From: the human T2T-CHM13v2.0 reference genome, Homo sapiens
Length of the DNA: 64,000 bases
Direction: 5' to 3' (one strand)
NCBI RefSeq assembly: GCF_009914755.1
Contig: NC_060929.1
The position numbers and the translations under genes were made by a program. Shown piece after piece: positions 28,266 to 43,037 of the stretch. Under the pieces are notes generated by a model, which did not search any database, had not been told where the DNA came from, and saw only the letters and a program-made list of their open reading frames with translations. Numbering within the stretch: the first letter of the stretch is position 1; every line of letters starts with the position of its first letter.

Positions 28266-29621
28266 AGTTACATTCTTTAAACAAGGAGTGGACATACCCT
28301 GAAACAAGAGATTAGTCAAAGAGATTTTGCTATTCATGGGACCTAAAAGGTGGCTGTACTTCCCTTTACTGCTTTTCCATACACAGCAATGCATGCTGTA
28401 TGGGTTCTTATAGGTCAGAGCGTGAAAGAGAACCAGGACCTATAAAAGAATACAAGTCTCTAAAATCAGAAAGTTTATTATTTAAAAAAATAGTTATGTG
28501 CCAGTCTGCTTATAATTTTATTTTTATGACTGAGAGTGCCTTTCATAAGCACATTCTGGCAAACTATAAAACAAATAAATTGAAATTGAATAAAACCTTT
28601 AGACATTAGAAGTGTAGCACCAGATTTAGTACATAACTGCAAAACTTAAACATGCAATTTTACATCTGCAAGCACATTAAATTGAAAGAAACTTTAACTT
28701 AATTTAGATACATTAATTGATACAAACTTTTCTGGTATATAGCACTTCTTGGCGCATTGAGTATTCTTAATCTTTAAGGCACATGAATATAATACCTTAG
28801 GAAAGATCTGTTCTCCACACATTTCCTCTATAAAGTGCCAAAAAAAAATAACGAAGAGCCAGTTTGTCTTCCGCATCAGTGTGATTTAGCATACATAAAT
28901 AAGTATCTTTTCACACAAAATAAAAGGTTCAGAACCCAAAGTGTCTGATTTTTATAGTGCTTTTTCTTTCCTTTTAAAAAGATAGCAAGATGAGGGTAAG
29001 AGGTAATTTAAGAGAAGTAATCATCTTCTAACAGCCAGCTTGCAGAAACTAAAACAAATATCAATGATGTAAAAATGTTGTTTTGACACTTTGGTAAATG
29101 AAAGTGTGAGATGAGTAAGAATATATTATAGGTGCTTGTATATCAAAGGCCTGTGAAAATGGCTGATTATAAAGGAGAAAGTTAATGATCTCTAATTGTG
29201 TTGTAATGTAAATGCAGTATCACCGTAATGAAGAGAACAGATTTGCATGTTAACAAAAGAAATATTAGAGGAGTGAGTGTAGGATGTTTGGGATAATTAA
29301 TTCCATCCTCCACTCCTACATACATATGCATATACAAACTCAATTCAATTTTAAAGAGAACCCGAAGAACCAAAAATAGACTGAACACACTTGATGTTGT
29401 ATGGGAGCTTAAATTACTATTTTTGTTGTTCTCTGTGACTATCTCATTTAGTTTCTATTGTGTTTGCAATTTCTTCCAAGGTGATTTTTAATGGATTGAG
29501 TAATGCATAAAAATTTGCAGAAGTATGCAGAAAGTTTGTATGCAGGGCCATGTAGAGCTTTTATCCTACAGTAAATCCTAGTAGTTTGCTGGTGCTGTGT
29601 GATTTTTTTTGTTTGTTTAGG

Positions 29622-29624
<3 letters not shown>

Positions 29625-29670
<46 letters not shown>
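29625..29670. repeat. (TG)23 microsatellite
   Basis: Perfect 46-bp dinucleotide run. Confidence 0.97.
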
Positions 29671-29672
<2 letters not shown>

Positions 29673-31739
29673 GCTTATTTATTCCATTTCAAGAAAAAGA
29701 AAAATAGACAAATTAGAATACCAAAAATAATTTGCAGCCAGTATCAACCAATTTATATTCAAGCTGAAAAATTAAAATAGCTTTCAGAGAATGGTAGAAG
29801 CATATTATTTAAAAAACAAACTATGAAGAAATGGACAGAAGCATGTAGACATAGATAACAGAAATTTAAAGTAAAAAGTAGAAAATGAAATTATTCCCTT
29901 TTATACCTGAAAGCAAATGATTTCCATGATTCTAAGCCTCTGTAAAAAGCAGCAACAATTTCATCATTTTCCTATTCACTCTTCATATTATCTAAATCAG
30001 GATTCTGCAAAATTATTTTCCTTGAATTACTTTTAAAACATACCAGAAATGAATTCACTACTCTAATTATCACAGCAATTCAGGGAATTATTAAAAATCA
30101 AATCAAATCAAATGAAACTTCGTAAGTTGTTTACAAAAAAACTTCAGGTTCATTTGCTTTTAATGCAAGACATGGCAATGTATCTCGGCCTGTGGATGTC
30201 CTCTCCATGTTAATAGTAAGTGCAAGTTTATGAAAAGACTAGACACCGACACCACCTGGGGAAATCAAAGCTTACTTACCTAAAATGCACAGGAGCCAAG
30301 AAGCATGTTTAAGTTCATGGGAGGGTAATGAATGCTGTTCTCTAGAACATGTTTCAAGGAGCTGGACACGTTTCCTTACCAGGGGAGACTCACACTGCAG
30401 ATCATAATTTCTGAGCAAGTGAGAAGTGAGAGTTCCATTGCACCTGTGGGAAGCTCTATCCTCCAAAGTGTAGCTTTACACACCCAGCTTGAGTCATTCT
30501 TCTTTCAGGTGTATCTGGACATACTCCAGGGACTAGCTTATCTGTGCCTGGTGCACTTCATTTATCACGATTAAACAATATACAATTTGACTGAAGGGCA
30601 CAGTATAGGTCAGTGCATTTATGCATAACAGCAGGACTTATTAATCATCCTCAGCTCCTGCAGGCTAAGAAATCCTGCTTAAAATTTATTTGCATGCTTA
30701 GAACTAGAACAGAGCTTCGAAACTAGAATAAGGGTCACTTACTCTGATGTCTCTGGAAGCTCATGAGGTCAGCCCTGAACGCTAAGTTGCACTTCTTGAA
30801 ACAGTTTTAATGCCCACGGCTATCTCCCAATTCATTCTGAGTTTGAGAAGGGAAAAAAATGAAATGATATTTAGTAGACTCCTATAACAGTTTGGGTAAC
30901 ACCAGCTGTTTTAACAAACAATCCTCAAAGTTAAAGTGGCTGAAAGTTTAAAATGTGTTTCTCATTAATAACATTCAAATAAAGGCATTTCTTGTCTGGG
31001 TGGCTTTTACCAGGGAGTAATTCAGGAAACTGGCCTCCAGTATTGTAGCTCCAACTTCCTAGAGGGCTTCAGAGTTCTCCTTTTTCAAATGACACATGTT
31101 GAAAGAACTGGAAGAAACATTTATATGTACCACCCTCTAAAAGTGGTACACATTAACCGGGACACAGTTGCATGGAAATATAGCCAAGCTATGTATCCAG
31201 AAAGAAGAAAAAACAAGTGTGGTAAAGAGCTATCAGTCTATGCCTCAGCTTTTCAAAATCCAGTCTTACGGCGCACAGATCTAGAGAGAATATGTAGACC
31301 TTATATTATGTAAAGGCATTCACAGAACTATTTTTGTTGTTGTTAACATACTTGAGCTTCCCTACGGCAATGTTCTTGTAGGTTTCCCAGACTAATAGCC
31401 TTCAAAATGGAGGTGAATATATACATATAAGAAAAAAATAAGTAACTTAAGTCTTCTAATAAGATATGTTTTATAAAAATATGAAGAAGATATAGTAACA
31501 GCTCCTTATAGCAGTGTAAGACCTTTCTTTCATCCATCTCCTCACCTATGGTTACTATCCTCACAATCCCATTTCCCTCTATGTACATTTTACTTTATAA
31601 CATATGTTCTCATACACAAAAAATACAATAAAAAATTTTCCATTATCCAACAGAATTTATAAAGCCTACAAAATTTCTAAATATATCATTTTATATGTAA
31701 TGAATATGCTTGTTATTTCCCATTAAAAAAAAATGCAGC

Positions 31740-32002
31740 GGCCGGGTGTGGTGGCTTATGCCTGTAATCTCAACACTTTGGGAGGCCGAAGTGGGTGGAT
31801 TGCTTGAGCTCAGGAGTTTGGGACCCACCTGGCCAATGTGGCAAAAATCTGTCTCTACTAAAAACCCAAAAATTAGCCAGGAGTGGTGGTGGGCACCTGT
31901 AGTCCCAGCTACTCATGAGGCTGAGGTGGGAGGATTGCTTGAGCTCAGAAAGCGGAGTTTGCAGTGAGCCATGGTTTTATCACTGCAGTCCAGCTTGGCG
32001 AC
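31740..32002 (+). mobile_element. AluJb-like, lacking its 3' end and tail
   Basis: GGATTGCTTGAGCTCAGGAG in the left arm; stops at CCAGCTTGGCGAC. Confidence 0.85.
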
Positions 32003-33175
32003 CACTTGTTCTTTTTTGCTTGTTTCTTTGTCTTTTGCTTTACTTTGCATCATAGAGATACGGGTGAAAATTTCTTTAACCCTTTAAGTGTTTCTACTTT
32101 GTCTCATATGCTATACCTCATTTGTTACTTGGAGTATACTCTTGGCCATGCTATTAGAAATGGATGATGTAAAAATGGCGCCCCCTGAAGTCAAGCAATG
32201 TGAAACATTTGTAAATTTCTACAACAAATGCCCTAAATTGTAGTCGCTTAATTAAAATAATTATTTTCTATTTACTGTAATAGTCAACAGGTAAGAAATG
32301 CAGTCTTGCATGGATGTCCCACTAAAAAATATATGCCATCTTTTAGTCCATTGATACTTAGCATATTGCCCTCATCTTCATGGACAAAAATTGGCAATTT
32401 TTCTGTAAAATCTCTCTTTCATATTACTGATGACAAAATTCTGCACTTTATCTGAGGAAGAAAATGACAAGACTGACATGTGGGACTCACTTCTCACTGT
32501 ATAATACCATCCTTGGCTCCTGCCCCAGGATAATTTTGATATTTTTAATTATCAAACCAAAACCAATAAGTTATATAAAATATAGGCAAAGTTACATTCA
32601 CTGGGAGAATTTTAGCACTCTCAAAATAACATATCAGTTCCTATTATCCAGTAAATTCCTACCACGTCCCATGCTCCCGGAAGTGTGTCCGGATTCATGT
32701 TTTTCTGATAGGTGAATGCAAAGTCACTAGCCATTGCCATTTGCCAGGGATTCAGAGAGACAGAAGTGTGGAAATTAACATTTAGATGTATGAGAAATAT
32801 ATGCAAGAAACTGAGACTGAGCAGGCAATTTGTAGATTGTATACAGTGTAGCCTAAACATGTTTGCTTCAGTGAATTTGTCATTTCTTGCATGGGGTAAG
32901 TCTAAAATTATTTATTGTTTAATTTTTTTCATTAGAAATAAACCCTCTTGGAAGTAATTAAAATGCATATTTCACAAAAAATTAGTGCGATGATGATGAC
33001 AATCATGTAACTTGCAAAACTTGAGTGTTGTTTTATCACAAACCTTATGAAAACAGATGCATCCTTGCCTTAAAAAGGAGAAGGAAAAAGGAAATGCTCT
33101 GGGCACAGCATGAAGCCCAGAAAAAGAATATTTCCAACAGCCCCATGGACATATGGAGAGGATAGAACTTAACAG

Positions 33176-33943
33176 TGCTCATCATCTCTGGTCATCAGAG
33201 AAATGCAAATCAAAACTACAATGAGATAGCATCTCACACCAGTTAGAATGGCGATCATTAAAAAGTCAGGAAACAACAGGTGCTGGAGAGGATGTGGAGA
33301 AAGAGGAACACTTTTACACTGTTGGTGGGAGTGTAAACTAGTTCAACCATTGTGGAAGACAGTGTGACGATTCCTCAAGGATCTAGAACTAGAAATACCA
33401 TTTGACCCAGCCATCCCATTACTGGGTATATACCCAAAGGATTATAAATCATGCTACTATAAAGACACATGCACATATATGTTTATTGAGGCACTATTCA
33501 CAATAGCAAAGACTTGGAACCAACCCAAATGTCCATCAACGATAGCCTGGATTAAGAAAATCTGGCACATATATACCACGGAATACTATGCAGCCATAAA
33601 AAAGGATGAGCTCATGTCCTTTGTAGTGACTTGGATGAAGCTGGAAACCAGCATTCTCAGCAAAATATCACAAGGACAGAAAACCAAACACCGCATGTTC
33701 TCACTCACAGGTGGGAATTGAACAATGAGAACACTTGGACACAGGGCGGGGAACATCACACACAGGGGCCTGTCGTAGGGTGGAGGGATGGGGGAGGGAT
33801 AGCATTAGAGGAAATACCTAATGTAAATGATGAGTTAATGGGTGCAGCAAACCAACACGGCACATATATACATATGTAACAAACCTGCACGTTATGCACA
33901 TGTACTCTAGAACTTGAAGTGTAAAAACAATAATAATAAAAAA
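33176..33943 (+). mobile_element. 5'-truncated L1PA5-like 3' end
   Basis: ORF2 C-terminus (ORF 33479: MFIEALFTIAKTWNQPKCPS...), 3' UTR GAAATACCTAATGTAAATGATGAGTTAATGGGTGCAGCAAACC, A-rich tail. Confidence 0.93.
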
Positions 33944-34799
33944 CTTCCAGCCCAAACAAAAATAGTATTAGCTACATTCAGAAGACCCCACAGAAAGGGT
34001 ATAGTTTCCCACAGACACCCTACTAGAAAGCAGCTTCGTGGACAACATTCACCTCACCGTTTCCCAAAGATCATCATCATCACATCCTCTGCCTTAGAAC
34101 CTATAACAGCGTCATTCATGGGGATGCCTCTCGCCCCTTAAAAAGTACTGAGAAAATTATGAGACAGAGAAGAAAGGGGGAGGGGATACAATTAAACTTT
34201 GTTTACAGAAGCCTGGGCTCCTGACTTTGATTTTGCTACTAAAGTAGCCGTGGGGAAATATTTCTTGAAACAATAAAAATGATTGACTTAGGTTTCAAAG
34301 TTTTTAACTCACAATAAAGAATTTTTTCTCCTTTCTCTTGCACTGTTTTTCATAATGATGGTATAAAACATATTAAGGTGTTATCACAAACAATTACTTC
34401 ATGAGATTATATTTGAGTTTGGGGATTTCAAAGTCATTTTATTAAAATTAGCTGTATTGTTACACATTTTGTCTGGAAAGTCTAAGTAATGTCATTAAAA
34501 GCCCAGTTTAATTGCTTTGAAAAAGCTTATGCTTGACATGATATTCAGTCTCTTAGATTTCACAATTCATTCTCCATGTATTACTACTATGACTGACTTG
34601 TTTGTCTCTTTTTGAGTTCCTTCTAGAATTCAAAAGCATTAAGATTTAAGTGTGGCTGACTGCCACGGTTACTACTTGAGACCGTCATTACTAGACTGAA
34701 TGAAGAGACGAACATAGAAATGGTAACAAAAAACAAAAGAAACTGTTTTAAGGAAAGGCTAGCATGGGGAAGAAGAGAGCTCCCTGCTTCTAGTGGTCC

Positions 34800-34992
34800 T
34801 CATTCCATCTTTGCATTCAGATTCAACTGGTTCATGGTTCATACCGGGGGAACAAGGTCCATGGTTGGGATCCATGGGTCCCTCCAGTCTCCTGTTCAAC
34901 GGTCGTACACACCTTGGGAGCACCCACTCGGTTTGTTCATCTTCTGCAAAGACGTAAGTATACCCTCGTCCCCACGTTAGTAAATCTACCAA
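34800..34992 (-). pseudogene. pol: HML-6 pol fragment (integrase C-terminus)
   Basis: ORF 34759..34992: DLLTWGRGYTYVF...WVLPRCVRP, a betaretroviral integrase C-terminal motif. Confidence 0.78.
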
Positions 34993-35186
34993 ACAGAATC
35001 AAAAGTGTTTTCTTTTTTATTTATTTTTTATTTTTTTTGCTGTAGCCGGGAGGCACGCCATTGCTGAAACATTTGTAACTCAGCTTCTGCCTCTTTGGTT
35101 AATTGCCGTGGGGTAAAACTTTCCACTGAGAACAAGAAGCAGGCTCTTTCTGATTAACACACGGCACAGAGAAAGCAAATCGAGGC

Positions 35187-35480
35187 TTATCCTTCTCGTA
35201 AAACAGTATAGCAAAAAGCAGTCCTTAAACCTTCAATTTGCACTGTACAGGTGGGTCCACTAGATGCTATGGGTGGTGATAGATAAATCTCTCTCCTAGT
35301 TGCACTTCCAAATCCCTGACCACCTCGCTTCTTCTTATGTGGAGAAGGGTACAATTTACAGGGAAGAAGCGAAAATTGAGCAACATATTCTCCCAGTTCA
35401 AAAACCCAAAGATCTTGTGACATTACCACTACCTGAATTTCTCCTTCACAATCAAAATCAACAACTCCTGGGCCTGTAAG
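35187..35480 (-). pseudogene. pro: HML-6 pro fragment (dUTPase C-terminus and protease start)
   Basis: ORF 35187..35429: GEYVAQF..LP...KRGGQGFGS (dUTPase motif V), then PTCTVQIEG. Confidence 0.8.
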
Positions 35481-35739
35481 TTAAGACAGCTTTTACCAAA
35501 ATCAATCCCATGTATCTTGTTGGCAAAGATCCCCAAATACCAATGTGAATCTTAGTGAGTTTGTTTCTTTCATTTAATGTAATTGGTTCTCTGGGAGATC
35601 TAATCCTGCGTTTCCAGGTGTTCCTGGGGAGAGGGAATCCATGTGCCTCTGGAAACCCACCCCTGAAACGGAGTTGTGGCCTGGACAGGGAACGCCCTCA
35701 TAGTTTGAGGTGCCCGGGTCCAGGCCCCCTTCTTGCTTC

Positions 35740-36170
35740 CCAACAGGGGGGTGCCGTTTTGATGAAATTTTGAGTGGTGTTGATTAGCCCAATGATTTCC
35801 TTTATTGCATCAAGGGCAAAGTCCGGCATTTTTTTTCTGTTAAGAGGGGGACTATGTTACAAGATCTCTTGTTCACAGAGGTCTGACGGCATTCTCTTTT
35901 GAAACGTCCAAGTTTTCTACACTTATGACACTTTCCCACTTTAGGGCTTGACCCTTGGCTTCTTTTAGATCTGTCAGCCACCAAATTTGCTATTGCCTGA
36001 GTCAATACTGCAGAGCAATGAAGCTCAGTTCCCACATCTTGACAAGCTCTGAGAAAGCCTCCCAAGTCCTCTGCACATCTCACAGGTGCCAGTGCACGTT
36101 TACAATGCATGAAAGCCAAAGCTAAAGTTAGCCTTTCTGTAGCCACCAAAGAAGACGATACAAGGCAATT
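35740..36170 (-). pseudogene. gag: HML-6 gag fragment (CA C-terminus and NC zinc knuckles)
   Basis: ORF 35802..36296: FLRACQDVGTELH...AIANL...KCHKCRKLGRFKREC (CX2CX4HX4C knuckle with H lost); a second knuckle follows out of frame. Confidence 0.8.
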
Positions 36171-37132
36171 TTCATTCTCCCTCTTCTGTTCACCATTTTC
36201 GATAGGCACTGTAGGTGGGGCAAAAAATTCTAAATAACAAAAAGATGGTACATACCAAAACTCCAAACAAACAAAAAAGAGAAAAGAAATAGCCAAATTC
36301 TTCCTCGTTTCCCTGTTTTAAAAACTTCCCATTCTTTGTACCTCTAGGGCACTGACCAGTACCTTTTTAGAGAACTAACCTTATGTCGCTGCCAACAGAG
36401 TTGTAATGGGCTTTCTCGTTCATCTAGTTGGTTTTAGTTTTTTTCTGTTCCAGCAGACCTTCCTCGCTCTAGTCCTATAGGACCCTATCTGTCCCTATCT
36501 GTCCCTGTCTGTTCCTCCAAATCTCTCCTAGTCTTTGCTAGTCTCTACTTTTGTACCTCTTTAGGACACAGACCAGTACCTCTTCAGGGCACTGACCTTA
36601 TATTGCTAGTCTTTATCTATTCCTATCTGTCTCTGTCTGTCCCTATGGTACCTGTTAGTTCCTGCAAGTCCCCGTCTTTCCCTACCTATCTCTACTTTTC
36701 TCTACTTACTTATCTCTACTTACTTTTCTGTACTTACCTCCACTTATCTCTGTTTATCCCTGCAGGCCTCTTCAGGTCCCTCCAGGTCCTTTCAGGTCTC
36801 TGTATGTCCCTGATAGTCTCTGAAATGTCCCTGTTCAGGCACCATTTGTAGTTGACTGTCACTGCTACTACATGAGACCATCACAAGTATGTTGAATTGA
36901 GCCTGGAACTCCTAGATGATAAACATTTTTTTATACCAACCTTCAACTTTTTCATTAAAATTAGATTGGGTAGATACTATAAATAGTGTCCCAAGCACTA
37001 GTGGAAAGATTCTACCATGTCTTACACTGGTTACTATGAGTTTGGAGTCAGAGGTATAAGGCTTGAAGAAAAAAGCACAATGAAATACAATTTTATCCAC
37101 CAATCTGACATTTTTAAGTTTTAGGAAAATTG

Positions 37133-37313
37133 TGTCTTAATTCAAGCTGCTATAACAACAACAAAAACAACATACACTGACTGGTTTAAACAATAGAAAT
37201 TTACTTCTCGGAGTTCTGGAGGCTGAGAGTCCAAGATAAAGGTGCCAGTCAATGGTTACAGGTAAAACCTCCATTCCTTGTCATGTCCTCATAAAGAGAC
37301 AGAGAGAGAGACC

Positions 37314-37362
<49 letters not shown>

Positions 37363-37473
37363 CTCATGACCTAATTATTTCCCAAAGGCCCTGTTTCCAA
37401 ATATCATCTCAGTGGAATTAGGGTTTTAACATACAAATTTTGGGGGCGACGCAAGTATTTTTAGTCCATACCA
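37133..37473 (-). mobile_element. MLT1A-like LTR (mirror of 11744-12078)
   Basis: Reverse complement of the left copy; the (GA)n is 6 bp longer. Confidence 0.8.
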
Positions 37474-40400
37474 AGTTAGATGCAACTTTACCAAAATTAT
37501 TGTGGGTAATTTGACAAGGTAAGAGAGGTCAGTGAAACGCAAATTATATGATAACTTCTTGGTGCTCAGGCAGTATACCTGCCAGGTTGTCTCCTGGCTA
37601 GAGGAATGAAACAAGTAGTATTCAACAAGACTTTGGTAGTGAGTAAAACATGGCATATAAGTTGTTTTTTGTGGGAATGACATAGTCTAAATATTATTTT
37701 GATGACATACCTGTGTATTGACCTCTCTTGCATCAAAATGACATAAACATGGAGAAATAATTCTGAAAGTCAGCAGGAACTTGCAACTCACTTCTGGGAG
37801 GGGACCACTTAGGGGAACTATGATATTAGACTGTGGCAATGTCGACCTCCACACAGGAGGAAAGAGTAGTCACATACCCTAAATCTTGCGTAACGTGGTG
37901 TCTTAAAATTTCAATAAATCTACTGAGTTAAATTAACAGCAAAGCAGAAAAATTTGCCAAAGCTATTTATAGCTCCATTAAAATGGAAGACAAGTTAAGA
38001 AAATGTGTGTTCTAAATAATCATGTCAGAAGTTAGTGTTTCCTTCAAATATAATCATAGGCCTAAGAATTTTTATCCAAGATTGATGAAATTTTATTTTA
38101 CGCAACAATAAATGGAACACAAAGGCTGCACATCATTTTTTTGTCTTCTGTACATATCACTAAAAAAAAAAAGCATCAAACTAAAACAATGAATATAATA
38201 TTAAATAGGGATTTGTTAATTGCTAATATTTTTAATATAGAGAAAGAATAATGTTTAATGATTAATTACAAAATTGATGAACTAGAATAGTGAGAAATCA
38301 AGGAGAGCTGAAATTTATGGAACTTTATGATAAACTAATAAAGGACAATTTTATTCCTAGCATTTTAATTATTTGCTTTATCATTGCATTTTAAATGCAA
38401 TTATCAAAAATAAAGGTTATAACTAAGAATTTCAAAAATTCTAATTATAGCAGAATTGGTAACAAAGAATTGAATACAGAGGGTGAATCTTATATTGCTT
38501 TATTATTATTAAAACTAAGGAAATATTTAGAATTTTGTGTACTAATTTAGCTACGAAGGAAAAGGAGGGCGTCATCATTTTAAAAATGTTTCCACATTGT
38601 CTACAGAAGCCTAGATTATTAAAAAAAAGAGTGGCCTCAGATAGATATCTGATTGGAATACACTACAAAATCTAGTAGTCAACTTGTTAAGATATCTGAA
38701 GATTCCATTTAAGACAGATTGTGAAAAAATATACTGGAAGAAATAGATTTTATTTAATATCCTTAAACATAAAACTTTGTTACCTTCTAAAACACTATAT
38801 TTAGTTTTATTTCTATTTTATAATATTGTATATGATGTGCTTTCTTTTCCAGGTAAAACTAACAAAAGACAATAAAATGTTATTAACTTGAGTTATGGTT
38901 AAAGTAGAAGAGCTGTGGATATTACACTACATGAAAAAAAATTCTTCCACAGATATTATTTGTGTATGCATACATCGATAGAGATACACATAGATAGATA
39001 CAGATACAGATAGATATCGATATAGATATAGACTTGGCTATAGAGACTGTGGGTTTTTTAATACAGCAAGAAAAGAGAAATATTTATTTACACTGGATCA
39101 ACAAAGGAACTAGGCTATTAACTCAGATTGTAATAGTCTAAAATTTTTCCAAAAATTAGGAAAAATAAAATATTTATATGAATTTTACCTGGAAGTGTTT
39201 CAAAATAGTTTGCAAAGAGTGAGAATGAATTTCAACTTGTGAGTAAAGGGTAAAACTGAAATGAAAGTTAAAACAAATAGTTTCCCCCTTTCATTATTAG
39301 ATCATGATTTATTGAAAACAATCTTGATTGTTAAATATTGATTAAAATTAATGAAGGTGCAGAGTTCCTAAGACCTTGTCATTTGAACGTTATGAATATC
39401 TTCACAATGAAAACATTATTCGTGTTATTTATGTGAGCTTATATGTACTTTTCCGCATAAATAATTTGTACTCTTAGTTAGAAACAAATGAACTATGGCT
39501 TTTGGTGTGGTTTTGTTTATTTATGAATAAACATTAAGAACTGTGCTTATGAAATTTTCAGGAAATATACTGAATGCTTTAATGTACTCTGTAACATTGC
39601 AACATATAATTTCCCCTCTTCCCTCACTTTTTGATGTAGCTATCATTGCTTTGAGTTTTTATTTACTGGTTATTTTAAAGAGCTTAATGGTCTCATTTAC
39701 TTAAAAGTGGAATAATATTGGACTACTATTTTCTTTTTTTAACCTCTCTAGGTCATTCTACAGTCATTACCTTCCAGCCTATTTGTTTCTGCAGAATCTA
39801 CGTATGTAATACCTATAAATTTTCTTTTCATATTTGTTCACTCATCCACATCATTAATAAAGTTATTAAGTGAAGACGAACCCAGCAGTAGCACTCCCTT
39901 ACCACCTTGAAATATTGTGCTGATGTAGAGGTTGTATCTGATTTAATTCTTCAAGGATTATTAATGTATGTGGAACTAGCTTTTCAGCCATGGAAATCTT
40001 TAGTACGTATTTAAGAAAAAGTGATTTAATGCTCAGTAGGGAAATGTTGTCCAAAACAGTGCCTGAAAAAAGCAGGTATGTGTCCACATTGGGCACACTG
40101 CAGGTGGGGTATATTGTTGAGATAGGAAGGAAAAATAAAATGTGAGAAAAGGCAAGAGACAGAAAACAAAGTGCAGGTCGGGAAGAGACAACTTTAACTT
40201 CCACCATTTGTTAATCAATTCTGAAATATTTTCATTTTTACAGCCTAAAATTATGCATGTGTTGGCATTTTTTTAAATGGATGATATTACAGTTTTCATT
40301 CAAGCATTGGTATAGAGCCTAACCTTTTGTTATGGATGAGATGTTTAGATTGTTAATCTGGAAAATCTATTTTCCTGTTATTGAAGTCACATATATACAT

Positions 40401-41094
40401 ATATGTATATATACTTTTATATATGTGTCTATATATAGTAAAAATGTGTATATTTATTTTAAAAAGTATTTTGGTTCATGTTTTTGTTCTTAATGTTGTC
40501 CTACTAAAATTACTTAATCATAAATCTTTCTACTAACAGTAAGGCAGAAACAGAGTAACAAGGGATTTTTTTTTTCTATTAAACTGAAGACAGAGAAGTT
40601 TGGTATTTATTTTTACCTAATATAGCAAACTTCAAAAAACAATCTATTTCAATAAAAATATTTTCCCCAGCTACAGAAATAAACAAGGGATAATATATAA
40701 TCTAAAAATGTAATGGAAGAAAAGGCACAGCATTAAGAGATTGCCTTATTTTCCTTTCTAGCACATCTTGCTCTTAAAATATCCATGAGTCTATAAAGGG
40801 TGCTATTTACAAGGATCAGTTTCCCTGTATTTCTGGGTTGAATGATCCTCTACTTTTACTATCCTTTGCTAAACATGACAAAATAAGAAAATAAAAGATA
40901 AATATGAGATGAAGACCTCAAATGACATCAATTTCATTGCCTCTAAAAAGTTGTGATGATGAATGTTACCACTACTCAACTGAGTTTATGAAAAGGCAAA
41001 TATACTTTTAAAAATGTAGGGGTGCTTATACAAAGACTTATGTGTTTACGTTTACTTTTTTTATAAAGCTGATTTAATCAAAAGATTTAGTTAA

Positions 41095-41405
<311 letters not shown>

Positions 41406-42748
41406 TTAGTAATTTATTGACTCAAATACTTTATGCCTTCTATTTCACATTTTTTACAGGTTTATAAGTCTAGATACCTATGTCAATTAGTGAATTTTCT
41501 ACCAAGAGTTCATGTTTTGTTGCTTAAAGGCAGATAATTTTTTTATTTAAATAATATTAAAAAGAGGAAAATATTTCAAAATACCAAGATTGGGAGGTGT
41601 CTGGGAGATTTATATGTATTGCTTTTATTAACTGTCTAGCACTGGATTTATAAACCAGCTTATTTTTTTAATTTAAAAGCTCTCTGCCTTGCAATTTAAT
41701 TCACATGATCTGCATTAACCATGCCATATTCAAAATTTCATTGATAAATTCTATCCAGTAGTCAATATCGAATTGTAAACTGATGTAATGTGCTTTAAAA
41801 TATGAAGATTTAATCTTTAAAATATGAATATTTGATTGAATAATTACTACCACTAAAATCATGTTTACTTATTAGAATTATCATATAGGAATTGTTTTAT
41901 AATGTATATGTTAATTGAATGTGATTTCTTGATACTTAGGATATACGTTAAGTATACATAAACAAATTGGAAATAAAGTTCTGATATACTGTTCCATGAA
42001 AGTTTCAAATCTTTATATTAAAGATTACCATTTGAGTCAGAGGCAATGATAGGATTTTCTGTACTTTATCCACATGTTTATATATATACATATATATATG
42101 TTTTCATATAACCTTTCATAAGGATAGAAAAGAACTATGAATGTTTCTCCATCAGGCATCTTTCAAATACAACATAACAATAACTTCCTTAAGTATTTTA
42201 TTTAGGCAAAAACTATAAAATGATGGAATGGAAAAAGAATTCTCAATGATCAAACCAAAGCAATTATATTTGATTCTGAATTTTAAAAGATTAGTCCATC
42301 AATTTATATTTAGAGGTTAGAAAACACATTCTGAGAGACAGAAAATTATATTACTTTTCTAACTTCCTGGAGAATATTGTGCTTTGTCAAATTTTACATT
42401 TATGAGAAGTTTTATATTAAAGCTATAAAATCTATCAGGGTAAGTTAATATGAGTATTTGAAAGTTTCACTGTTAAATTTATATTATCACATATTAAATG
42501 AAAGAACTGTTAACTGTGTACTGAATTCAAAAGTTAATATAGCTTCTCTCTTTTTTAAGAAATGGGACACAATATTAAAAAATTAAGGAGTTTTCAAATA
42601 TTTATACTTAAATTTATATCTAAGGAATTATATATAGAATGCATACCTTTCAAGTAGATACTATTGTTGCTGTTAAGATTATTGTCAACAAAATTTAAAC
42701 ACACAGACTATTAAATAAAGAAATTAAAACAACAAAAAATAACCTCTA

Positions 42749-43037
42749 GGCCAGGTGTCCTGGTTAACCTGTAATCCCAGCACTTTAGAAGCTTGAGGCA
42801 AGAGGATTGCTGGAGACCAATAGTTTGAGACCAGCCTGAGCAGCAAACTGAGACTCTATGTGTATCAAAAAATGTTTTAAAAGTAGCCGGGTACTGAGGC
42901 AGGCACTTGTAATCCCAGCTACTTGGGAGGCTGAGGTGGGAGGTATGCTTGGGCCCAGGATTTTGAGGCTGCAGTGAGCTGTGATTGCACCACAGCCCTC
43001 CAGCCTGAGAGAGAGAGGAGACCTTGTTTCTAAAAAC
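42749..43037 (+). mobile_element. AluJ (mirror of 6180-6468)
   Basis: Reverse complement of the left copy. Confidence 0.85.

Larger units (their letters stand above)
34651..36884 (-). mobile_element. Heavily deleted HERV-K(HML-6)/HERVK3 provirus with LTR3B-like remnants
   Basis: On the minus strand: ~38 bp U5 remnant, Lys3 PBS (36827-36844), leader, gag, pro and integrase end, then a jump to the LTR 3' part CACTAGAAGCAGGGAGCTCTC...CAGTCAGCCACA (34795-34651). Confidence 0.82.

Noticed and set aside
35802-36296. 164 aa ORF as a functional Gag
   Set aside because: N-terminal part is leader-derived, the zinc-knuckle His is lost, and it frameshifts before the second knuckle.
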